In this document: one piece after another, positions 19,535 through 27,603 of the stretch
Layout of the letters: every line of letters starts with the position of its first letter
Numbering within the stretch: position 1 is the stretch's first letter
Assembly: GCA_036562425.1 (NCBI GenBank)
Contig: DATCKH010000156.1
Coordinates: 1 to 54,585 of the forward strand
From: Thermaerobacter sp.
GTDB lineage: Bacteria > Bacillota > Sulfobacillia > Thermaerobacterales > Thermaerobacteraceae
DNA: 54,585 bases
Direction: 5' to 3'
Notes under the pieces: generated by a model
What the model was told of the DNA's origin: nothing
Seen by the model: the letters and a program-made list of their open reading frames with translations, nothing else
Databases searched by the model: none
Made by a program: the position numbers and the translations under genes

Positions 19535-20260
19535 TTGGCCCGGGCGGTCTTACACCTGATCACCGATCGCGGCACCGCTCCCGACCTGGTGGGGGCCGTG
19601 ACGGCCGCCCTGGCGGGCGGGGTCGACTGGGTCCAGTTGCGGGACAAGTCGGCGGCGGCACGGGACCTCTTCGCTCTGGCCCGCCAGTTGCGGCCGCTCT
19701 GCCGGGAGCGGGGCGCCGGTCTCCTGGTCAACGACCGGGTGGACGTGGCCCTGGCCGCCGGCTGCGACGGCGTGCACCTGGCCAAGAAAAGCCTCCCCGT
19801 ACGGGAAGCCCGCCGGCTGCTCCAGCCAGGCCGGCTGGTGGGAGCGTCGGTCCACTCCATCGAGGAGGCCGTGGCCGCCGCCGGCGAGGGAGCCGATTAC
19901 GTCACCTTCGGCAGCGTCTTCCCCACCCGCTCCCACCCCGGCCGCCCGGCCGCCGGCGTCGAGGAGCTGGCCCGGGTGGTCCGGGCCGTAGAGATCCCGG
20001 TCCTGGCCATCGGTGGCATCACGCCGGAGAACGTGGCGGAGGTGCTGGCGACGGGGGTGGCGGGCGTCGCGGTCATCTCGTCCATCCTGGCCGAGGCCGA
20101 TCCGGCCCGGGCCGCGGCCCGTCTCCGGGAGACCATGGAGCGGGTTCCCCACCGCCCGCGCGTCCCCTTCCCGCCACCCCGGTCACCCTGGCCCGGCACT
20201 GCCGCCACCGTCCCCGCTGCGCGTACACCCGGCCCGGAACCCGGCGGCCCCGCTGGGTGA
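19535..20260 (+). CDS. thiE: thiamine-phosphate synthase
   Basis: TTG 19535 has GGGAGGAG 5 nt upstream. ThiE pattern: ..VQLRDK.., ..LLVNDRVDVALA..DGVHL.., ..GASVHS.., ..DYVTFG.VF.T.SH.., ..AIGGI.. It has a P-rich C-terminal tail. Confidence 0.9.
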   Translation: MARAVLHLITDRGTAPDLVGAVTAALAGGVDWVQLRDKSAAARDLFALARQLRPLCRERGAGLLVNDRVDVALAAGCDGVHLAKKSLPVREARRLLQPGRLVGASVHSIEEAVAAAGEGADYVTFGSVFPTRSHPGRPAAGVEELARVVRAVEIPVLAIGGITPENVAEVLATGVAGVAVISSILAEADPARAAARLRETMERVPHRPRVPFPPPRSPWPGTAATVPAARTPGPEPGGPAG

Positions 20261-20346
20261 TACCCGCCGGCGGAACGGCACCGGAAGCCAGGGCATGAGG
20301 CCCATCCGGTCGCTGCAGGACAGCACCAAGGGAGGGAGATCCGGCC

Positions 20347-21489
20347 ATGACAGCCCGGCCCCAGAACCGTGTTGTCCGCCTGACGGTCAACGGCAGGGAG
20401 GTGGTCCTGGAAACCCGCCCGGACGGTGGTCTCCCCACCGTGGCGGACCTGATCCGGCACCTCGGCCTGGCCGGTCAGCCCGCCGTGGCAGTCGCCGTGG
20501 ACCGGCAGGTGGTGCCCCGGGATCGGTGGGAGACCTGGCCCTTGCGGGACGCCGTCGAGGTGGAGGTGGTACGGCCCATGGCCGGTGGTGAGCATCGCGG
20601 GAGCGGGACCTCCGGGGACGGGACCCCCATGGACGGAGCGGACCCGGCCGGTGCCTACGACCCGGACCGGGACCCGCTGCTCATCGCGGGGCGCAAGTTC
20701 CGCTCGCGGCTCTTCCTGGGGACCGGCAAGTACCGGGATGCGGCCACCATGGTCGCCGCTCTGGAACGCTCGGCGACGGAGATGGTGACGGTGGCCATCC
20801 GGGCCATGAAGCTGGACGAACCGGGCGGCGGTGACATCCTCGTCCACCTGGACCGCCGCCGTTACCACCTGCTGCCCAACACGGCGGGCGCCACCACGGC
20901 CGACCAGGCCGTCCGCATCGCCCACCTGGCCCGGGAAGCCCTCGGCACCAACTGGATCAAGCTGGAGGTCATCGGCGACCAGCGGACGCTACTGCCCGAC
21001 CTGCAGGGCACGCTAGAAGCCACGCGCCAGCTGGTGCGGGATGGGTTCGTCGTCCTCCCCTACTGTACGTCGGATCTGGTCACCTGCCTGCGGCTAGAGG
21101 ACGCCGGCGCCGCCGCCGTCATGCCCCTGGCCGCCCCCATCGGCACGGGCCAGGGGATGATCGACTGGGCGGGCATCCAGCGGGTGATCGAGCGGGTGTC
21201 GGTGCCCGTGGTGGTGGATGCCGGCCTGGGGGTGCCTTCTGACGCCGCCATGGCGATGGAGCTGGGCGCCAGCGCCGTCCTGGTCAACACCGCCATCGCC
21301 CGGGCCCAGAACCCGCCCCTGATGGCGGAAGCCTTCAAGTGGGGAGTGCTGGCCGGGCGCCAGGCGTTCCTGGCCGGCCGGATGCCGCCCCAGAAAGAAG
21401 CCAGCCCCTCCAGCCCCACCGAGGGGGTACCCTTTAGCGGTAGCGGCGTGGCACGGGCCACCCGGCCGGCGGGAGGGACCCGGGCATGA
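20347..21489 (+). CDS. thiG: ThiS (sulfur carrier) - ThiG (thiazole synthase) in-frame fusion
   Basis: Single 380-codon ORF. Residues 1-81 are ThiS-like and end in VVRPMAGG. The next codon (20590-20592) is GAG, not a stop. A G/D/P linker leads into full ThiG (LIAGRKFRSRLFLGTGKY..NWIKLEVIG..VVVDAGLGVPSDAA..). Confidence 0.85.
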   Translation: MTARPQNRVVRLTVNGREVVLETRPDGGLPTVADLIRHLGLAGQPAVAVAVDRQVVPRDRWETWPLRDAVEVEVVRPMAGGEHRGSGTSGDGTPMDGADPAGAYDPDRDPLLIAGRKFRSRLFLGTGKYRDAATMVAALERSATEMVTVAIRAMKLDEPGGGDILVHLDRRRYHLLPNTAGATTADQAVRIAHLAREALGTNWIKLEVIGDQRTLLPDLQGTLEATRQLVRDGFVVLPYCTSDLVTCLRLEDAGAAAVMPLAAPIGTGQGMIDWAGIQRVIERVSVPVVVDAGLGVPSDAAMAMELGASAVLVNTAIARAQNPPLMAEAFKWGVLAGRQAFLAGRMPPQKEASPSSPTEGVPFSGSGVARATRPAGGTRA

Positions 21490-22832
21490 CGTTTCCTGGG
21501 AGTGCCGCGGGGGCGTCCAATTTCCGGGCGGGCGAAGCCCGCCCGCAGGCGGGCCAGGGGCAGCCGAGCCCGTCCGCCGGCCAGGGGCAGCCGGGCCCGT
21601 CCGCCGACCAGGGGCAGGCCAGCCCGTCCCCCGCTAGCCACGGCCCGGTCCCGGTTCCACCCCAGAGCAGCGCCTTTGACATAGCCGTCATCGGGGGCGG
21701 TATCATCGGCCTCGCCGTCGCCTTCCAGCTGGCCAGGGATGGCGCCCGGGTCGCCGTCCTGGAGCGGGAGCGCCCCGGAGCCGGCGCATCCACCGCCGCC
21801 GCCGGCATGCTGGCCCCGGGTCATGAAGCGGGCACGGACCCGGTGCTCTACGAGCTGGGCATCCGCAGTTGCCGGCTGTGGCCGGAGTTCGCCCGGGACA
21901 TCGAAGCTGCCGCGGGAACGCGTACGGGTTACGTCGCCCGCGGGATCGCGGTGGTAGCCACCGGCGAGGGAGAGGCCGCCGGCCTCCGCGAGCGGGCGGA
22001 GCGGGAAGGGGGCCAGCGGCGCCTGCGCTGGCTGCCGCCCCAGGCGCTTCCCCCGTACCTGACGGACTTTCAGGGCGTCCGGGGTGCTCTGGTCTTTGAG
22101 GAAGGAGGACATGTGGACCCCGTGGCCACCGTCGGGGCGCTGGCGGCCGCCTTCGCAGCCGTGGGCAGCCTCTGGACCGGGGCGGAGGTCACCGACATCC
22201 GGGACGAACCGGCCGGCAGCGGGCGGCGCCTGGTGGCCGTGCGCACGCCGTGGGGGGAGGTCCGGGCGGGCACCTTCGTCCTGGCAGGGGGCGTGGCCAA
22301 CGCCGCCCTCTCCGCCCGCCTGGGGGTCCCCCTGCCGGTGGTGCCCGTGAAGGGGCAGGTCCTGGCCGTGCAGCCGCCACCCGCCCTGCGGCCCTTCCTG
22401 GACGGCCAGGTCCCGGTGTTCGGCGCCGGCGTCTACCTGGTCCCGCGCCTGGACGGGAGGCTGCTGATCGGCGCCACCGAGGAACCGGAGGCGGGGTACG
22501 ATCGCTCGGTGACGCTGGGTGCCATCACGCGCCTGGCCGCCGCGGCCCAGCGGCTGGTGCCCGCCCTGGAGCGAGCCCGGTGGCTGGAGGCCAGGACAGG
22601 CCTGCGCCCGGGGAGCCCGGACCGGCGCCCGCTGCTGGGCCCCCTGCCGGGCTATCACAACGTGATCGCCGCGGCGGGGCATTACCGGAACGGCATCCTG
22701 CTCGCCCCGCTCACGGCCCGAATCGTGGCCGGCCTCTGCGCCGGCCGGGAACCCGAGATGGACCTGGCCCCGCTGGATCCAGGGCGTTTCGCGTCCACGC
22801 CCGGACCCGGGGCGGGTCGCTCGAGTGCCTGA
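21486..22832 (+). CDS. thiO: glycine oxidase ThiO (FAD) with a repeat-containing N-terminal extension
   Basis: The ATG overlaps the thiG stop (ATGA). The DAO-family dinucleotide motif FDIAVIGGGIIGLAVAFQLARDG begins about residue 60. No alternative start codon lies closer to it. Confidence 0.85.
   Translation: MTFPGSAAGASNFRAGEARPQAGQGQPSPSAGQGQPGPSADQGQASPSPASHGPVPVPPQSSAFDIAVIGGGIIGLAVAFQLARDGARVAVLERERPGAGASTAAAGMLAPGHEAGTDPVLYELGIRSCRLWPEFARDIEAAAGTRTGYVARGIAVVATGEGEAAGLRERAEREGGQRRLRWLPPQALPPYLTDFQGVRGALVFEEGGHVDPVATVGALAAAFAAVGSLWTGAEVTDIRDEPAGSGRRLVAVRTPWGEVRAGTFVLAGGVANAALSARLGVPLPVVPVKGQVLAVQPPPALRPFLDGQVPVFGAGVYLVPRLDGRLLIGATEEPEAGYDRSVTLGAITRLAAAAQRLVPALERARWLEARTGLRPGSPDRRPLLGPLPGYHNVIAAAGHYRNGILLAPLTARIVAGLCAGREPEMDLAPLDPGRFASTPGPGAGRSSA
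21552..21632 (+). repeat. 3 x 27-bp tandem repeat inside the thiO 5' end
   Basis: Units at 21552-21578, 21579-21605 and 21606-21632, with consensus GGCCAGGGGCAGCCGNGCCCGTCCGCC. They encode GQGQPSPSA / GQGQPGPSA / DQGQASPSP. Confidence 0.95.
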
Positions 22833-23013
22833 CCCGGCGGGGTTGGTCCGGTCCGGGCCGGGCGCGGGGGCGCGGCCCTGCGGCGGCGAGCCGTGACACG
22901 GGGACTGTTCCTGCCCGCGTCCACGTTCAGGCGAGGCGGTAATGGCGGAGGGACGGTCGTGACCCGCAGCGAACGTCCCGAGATGACGCGGAAACCGGAT
23001 CGGAGGTCGTGAC

Positions 23014-24828
23014 GTGTTCGACGCCAGGGGCGTTCTCTGGTTCCAGCAATTCGCCACGCCGTGGCTGGACGCCGTGGCGCACTTCTTCACGTCGCTGGGC
23101 TCGGAATACTTCTATATGGCGCTGCTGCCCGCCATCTACTGGTGCGTGGACCGCCGCCGCGGGCATGAACTGGCGTTCCTGTTCCTCGCCTCCATGTGGC
23201 TCAACGGCCTGACCAAGGACGTGTTCAACCTGCCCCGGCCCTCGGCCGGTGAGGGCATCCGCGTTCTCGCCCGGGAATCGAGCCCGGGCTTTCCGTCGGG
23301 CCATGCCCAGGGCGCGATGACGCTGTTTGGCTACCTGTTCGCCGAGTACCCCATGGCCTGGCTGCGCGGGCTGGCGGTAGCCATGGTGCTCCTGATCGCC
23401 TTATCGCGGCCGTACCTGGGCGTGCACTACCTGGGGGACACCCTGGGTGGGCTGGCCATCGGTCTGCTACTGGTCGTGATCTTTCGCTGGGGCTACCGGC
23501 GGCGCCTCGGTGCGTCCTGGCCACGGGGCCTCAAGCTGGCGCTGGCCCTGGTCCTTCCTCTCCTGCTCCTGCCCCTGTATTCCGAGAGCGTGGCCTATCA
23601 GACCCTGGGGTTCCTCATGGGTTGCCTGGCCAGCGACCTCTACGCCTTCGCGGCCGTGCCCTTCCGCGAGCGGATCCCCTGGCCCGGCCAGCTGCTGAAG
23701 CTCGCCCTGGGCTTCGCAGGGTTCGCCGTTCTGTATGCCTTGCACGCCACCCTGATCCCCAACGGCATCCTCGAGTTGCCGGGCTACGCGGTTCTCGGCG
23801 TGTGGGTGACCACGGGCGCCCCGTATCTGTACCGCCGGCTCGGCCTCGCCGGGGACGATGCCCCGGCCCGGGCCGCGGCCCGGCGTCCCGAGAGCGGGCA
23901 GGCCGGCGACCCCGCCAGTCCCCGCCCGATCTTCACCGGCGCGGCCCTGGCCGTGCTCCTGCTGGTCGCGGGCACTGCCCTTGCCCGTCCGCCTGTTCAT
24001 GAGGCAGCCGTGTCAGCCCTCGCCCGCACCGACGAGATGGCCCGGACCGGACCCCTGGTCATCGCCCACCGGGGCGGTGCCGGGCTGCGGCCGGAGAACA
24101 CGCTGGAGGCATTCCGCCACGCCGTCGCCCTGGGCGCGGACTGGCTGGAGCTGGACGTACACCTCACGGCCGACGGCGAGGTCGCGGTCATCCACGACGA
24201 GACGGTGGACCGCACCACCGGCGGCACCGGCTCCGTTCACGAGATGACGCTGGCCGAGCTCAAGGCCCTGGACGCCGGCTACCACTGGACGCCCGATGGC
24301 GGTCGCACCTTCCCCTACCGGGGGCGGGGGCTCCGCATCCCTACCCTGGACGAAGTCCTGGCGGCGTTTCCCGAGACGCCGGTCCTGATCGAGCTCAAGG
24401 ACGACGACCCGGCCCTGGCGCAAGCCGTCGCCGACCGCATCCGGCTGCACGGCGCCGCCGGCCGGGTCATGGTCGCTTCCTTCCATGACCGGACCCTGGA
24501 CCGCTTCCGCTCCCTCGCCCCGGGGGTGGCCACCAGCCTCGCCCACGATGAGACGCTGCGCTTTGTGATCCTGCAGCGCCTGGGCCTGACCGCCTTCCAC
24601 CAGCCGCAGGGCGTGGCCCTCCAGGTCCCCGAGTACAGCGGGCGGTTGAAGGTGTTCTCCGGTGGGCTGGTGCGGCTGGCCCATGACCGCGGCCTGGCGG
24701 TCCACGTCTGGACGGTCAACGATCCGCGGAAAATGGAGCAACTGATGGTCGCCGGAGTGGATGGGATCCTGACCGATTACCCGGATCGGGCGCTGGCGGT
24801 TCGCAGCTCGTTGATGGGCGCACGGTAG
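23014..24828 (+). CDS. membrane PAP2 phosphatase fused to a glycerophosphodiester phosphodiesterase (GDPD) domain
   Basis: GTG has GGAGG 7 nt upstream. The N-terminal part has PAP2 motifs (KDVFNLPRP, PSGH, SRPYLGVHYLGD) and several TM helices. From about nt 24055 there is a GDPD domain (VIAHRGG..PENTLEAF..ELDVHLTADGEVAVIHD..). Confidence 0.85.
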   Translation: MFDARGVLWFQQFATPWLDAVAHFFTSLGSEYFYMALLPAIYWCVDRRRGHELAFLFLASMWLNGLTKDVFNLPRPSAGEGIRVLARESSPGFPSGHAQGAMTLFGYLFAEYPMAWLRGLAVAMVLLIALSRPYLGVHYLGDTLGGLAIGLLLVVIFRWGYRRRLGASWPRGLKLALALVLPLLLLPLYSESVAYQTLGFLMGCLASDLYAFAAVPFRERIPWPGQLLKLALGFAGFAVLYALHATLIPNGILELPGYAVLGVWVTTGAPYLYRRLGLAGDDAPARAAARRPESGQAGDPASPRPIFTGAALAVLLLVAGTALARPPVHEAAVSALARTDEMARTGPLVIAHRGGAGLRPENTLEAFRHAVALGADWLELDVHLTADGEVAVIHDETVDRTTGGTGSVHEMTLAELKALDAGYHWTPDGGRTFPYRGRGLRIPTLDEVLAAFPETPVLIELKDDDPALAQAVADRIRLHGAAGRVMVASFHDRTLDRFRSLAPGVATSLAHDETLRFVILQRLGLTAFHQPQGVALQVPEYSGRLKVFSGGLVRLAHDRGLAVHVWTVNDPRKMEQLMVAGVDGILTDYPDRALAVRSSLMGAR

Positions 24829-24920
24829 CATGCATCGCGCCTTAGCCCGCATAGGCGACGCGCCGTGACGCGGTCGGCACCTGCCGCCACGGGCGGTGCC
24901 GGAGAACCGAGGCGGTGGCC

Positions 24921-25541
24921 CTAACCCGGCCGCCGCGCCACGCCGAACACCTGCGGCCTGGCGGGTCCGCCTCCGGGCAAATCGAACCGCTCCAGCTCCT
25001 CGAACACAAAGCCGGCATCCTGAATGGCCTCTGCCGTTCGCCGGTTGGGGTGGCAGCCAGCGGCCACCCAGCGCCAGATGGGTGTCAGGCGGTCCTGCCA
25101 GCGGGCCGCCCGTTCGTCGGTGGCACGGACGTGCTCGAGGAAGCGCAAGCGCCCGCCCGGCCGCAGCACCCGGAAGACCTCGGCCAGGGCCTGCGGCGGG
25201 TCGGCGACGGTGCAGAAGACGTGGGTCGCGATCACCGTGTCGAAGGACCCGCTCGCGAAGGGGATCTCCTCCGCAGGAGCAGCGACCAGTTCCAGCGACA
25301 CGCCAAGCCGGCGGGCACGCGCCGCCGCCCGCCTGCGCATGTGCGGATCGGGATCCAGCCCGACAAGCCGCTGGACGCGGTCCGGCGGGTAAAATGGCAG
25401 GTTGAGCCCGGTGCCGATACCGATCTCGAGGACGCGTCCTTCCGCCCCGCCTGCCACTCGTTGCCGCCACGGGTCGAGAATCCTGGCCGCCGGCCGCTGG
25501 CACAGGTCATAGAGTGCCGCGAAGAGCGGGTGCCCGGCCAT
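24921..25541 (-). CDS. class I SAM-dependent methyltransferase (Methyltransf_11 type)
   Basis: VLEIGIGTGLN is SAM-binding motif I, and ..LRPGGRLRFLEH.. is also present. ATG 25541 is preferred over GTG 25544 by spacing to GGGGAGGGG. Confidence 0.85.
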   Translation of the reverse strand: MAGHPLFAALYDLCQRPAARILDPWRQRVAGGAEGRVLEIGIGTGLNLPFYPPDRVQRLVGLDPDPHMRRRAAARARRLGVSLELVAAPAEEIPFASGSFDTVIATHVFCTVADPPQALAEVFRVLRPGGRLRFLEHVRATDERAARWQDRLTPIWRWVAAGCHPNRRTAEAIQDAGFVFEELERFDLPGGGPARPQVFGVARRPG

Positions 25542-25592
25542 CACATGCCCCTCCCCGGCCCCGGCAGCTTTTCCCCGGCTGGCCCCCCGCGC

Positions 25593-26273
25593 TCAGGGCG
25601 TCCCCCATAGCCCGCGGCCCGCTTTCCGTGCCTCCCGCTGGAACCGGACGAACCAGTCCGTGTAGCGGACGTCCGGCGGGAGCGTCACCACGCGAGCGTA
25701 GCCCTCCAGCAGGAGGATGGCGTTGAACATCTTGTGACGCACGTCGCGCTCCGCGGGATGCCCGGGTGGTTCGGAAAGCCAGGCGTAGCGCAGGGCCCGC
25801 CCGTACCGGTCCGTCTCACTGACGTCTCTCTCAAGCCAGACTGTCCGGCCCTGCAGGCGCTCCCGGGCGAACCGCCTGGCCTCCCGGCCGAAGGGCTCCG
25901 CCGGAGGCCGGACCTCCGGCGTATCCACGCCGATCAAGCGGACCCGGTCGGAGGGCAGCGGCGCCCCCGCCTCCCGGCGCACCCGTACGGTATCCCCGTC
26001 GATGACCTCCACGACGGTGACCCGGGTCACGCGGGTGGCGTCGATGGGGGCCGGACGGGCGTCTTCATTCACACGTTCATTGATGGTCTGAGGGACGCCC
26101 TCGCCGCGCGCCACTGCCCGGGTCTCGTGCTCGTCCCGCCCATCCTCCCCGGATATCGCGGCGGGAGCGGAGCACCCCGTGACGACCCAGGGCACGGCGA
26201 GGACCGCCACCATCAGGCCAAGCACCTTGGAGAGCTTCACCGCCGTCGCCGGCCCCTCCGTGCACCGAACCAT
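25593..26273 (-). CDS. thermonuclease (staphylococcal nuclease homologue), probable lipoprotein
   Basis: ATG 26273 has AGGAG upstream. A signal sequence with lipobox is present (LAVPWVVTGC). SNase motifs include ..VIDGDTVRV.., ..VRLIGVDTPE.., ..DRYGRALRY.. Confidence 0.85.
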   Translation of the reverse strand: MVRCTEGPATAVKLSKVLGLMVAVLAVPWVVTGCSAPAAISGEDGRDEHETRAVARGEGVPQTINERVNEDARPAPIDATRVTRVTVVEVIDGDTVRVRREAGAPLPSDRVRLIGVDTPEVRPPAEPFGREARRFARERLQGRTVWLERDVSETDRYGRALRYAWLSEPPGHPAERDVRHKMFNAILLLEGYARVVTLPPDVRYTDWFVRFQREARKAGRGLWGTP

Positions 26274-26325
26274 CCGGCTCCTGGCATACCCGCCCCGGCG
26301 CGGCCCGGGTCGTTTCAGGCACCGG

Positions 26326-27603
26326 CTAGGCCCACGACGCCACGGTCTCCGCCACGAGCCCCCTGACCAGCTCCACCTTGTAGGCGTTCTGGGCCAGCGG
26401 CCGGGCGCCCTCCACGGCCACGGCGGCCGCCTCTTCGGCCAGCAGCGCGTCGGGGCGCCGCCCGCGCAGCAGCTCCTCCACGGCATGCAGGCGCCAGGGC
26501 TTGATGGCGACACCCCCCAGGACCACTCGCGCGTCGCGGATGATACGCCCCGCCGAGCCCCCGGTGCCACCTTTGTCTGCGTCCTCCCCGAAATCGACCC
26601 ACATGGCCAGGCTCACCAGGGCAAATTGCCACGTCCGGCGGCCCATCAACTTGCGGTAGACGCTGGCTGAGCCCGCGGGGAGGCGGGGGAGCCGGACCTC
26701 GACGATCAGCTCGTCCGGCCGCCGGGCCGTCAGGCGGGGCAGGGCGGGGGTCCCAGTGCCATCGGGGCCGGGGTCATCAGGGCCGGGGCCCGACCCGGAA
26801 CCCGAACCGGCCCGGTGGCCGGCGCCCTGCAGCCCGGTGTCCTGGGGGCGCGTGTCCCGTAACCCGGTGTCCTGCAGGCCCGTGAAGTACTCCTCCACCG
26901 GCACCTCGCGCTCCACCAGACCCCGCTCCGTCCAGCGGGCCAGGCGCACGGTGGCCCCCAGGGCTACCAGCGCCACCGCGGGGTCGGAGGGATGCACCGC
27001 GGCGCAGCCGCCGCCCGGCTCGCCGGGACCGTGGCCGAAGATGGCGTGGTAGGCGCTGGCCGCGTCCGGCCCGGTGCAGGCGCAGTGATCGTCGCCGGCC
27101 AGCAGGCACGGGAGGCCGGTCCGGAAGTACCAGCAGCGCACCTGCTGCTCCAGGTTGCCTCCCAGGGTCGCCCGGTTGCGCAGGGCAGGCGTGGCCGAAG
27201 CAGCGGCGGCCTGGGCCAGGGCCCGGTAGGGCGACGGCAGGGCGCCCGGCTCCGCCAGTTGCGATAGCGTCACCAGGGCCCCCAAGCGCCAGCCGCCGTC
27301 CTCCGCCGGCGCCATGCCGCCCAGCTCGGGCACGCCCGACACGTCCAGCAGGCGCTCGGGTGCCAGCAAATCGCCCTTCATCAGCGTCAGGAGGTCGGTG
27401 CCACCGGCCAGCACGGCCAGCGGCACGGCGGTGCGGGCACCGATCCCCGGGCCCGCCTTAGCGAGACGGGAGACCGGGCCCGGCTCCGTGGCCGGGCCAT
27501 CATCCCGCGGGCCGCCCTCCGCCTCCTGCCCGCCATACCACTGGTGCAGAACCCGCAGGGCCTGCTCCAGGCTGGTCGCCCGCGCGTAGCCGAACCGGTT
27601 CAC
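26326..27603 (-). CDS. xanthine dehydrogenase family FAD-binding (medium) subunit
   Basis: The GTG start overlaps the large-subunit stop (GTGA). FAD_binding_5 pattern: ..LAGGTDLLTLMK.. It carries a low-complexity insertion. Confidence 0.85.
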   Translation of the reverse strand: MNRFGYARATSLEQALRVLHQWYGGQEAEGGPRDDGPATEPGPVSRLAKAGPGIGARTAVPLAVLAGGTDLLTLMKGDLLAPERLLDVSGVPELGGMAPAEDGGWRLGALVTLSQLAEPGALPSPYRALAQAAAASATPALRNRATLGGNLEQQVRCWYFRTGLPCLLAGDDHCACTGPDAASAYHAIFGHGPGEPGGGCAAVHPSDPAVALVALGATVRLARWTERGLVEREVPVEEYFTGLQDTGLRDTRPQDTGLQGAGHRAGSGSGSGPGPDDPGPDGTGTPALPRLTARRPDELIVEVRLPRLPAGSASVYRKLMGRRTWQFALVSLAMWVDFGEDADKGGTGGSAGRIIRDARVVLGGVAIKPWRLHAVEELLRGRRPDALLAEEAAAVAVEGARPLAQNAYKVELVRGLVAETVASWA

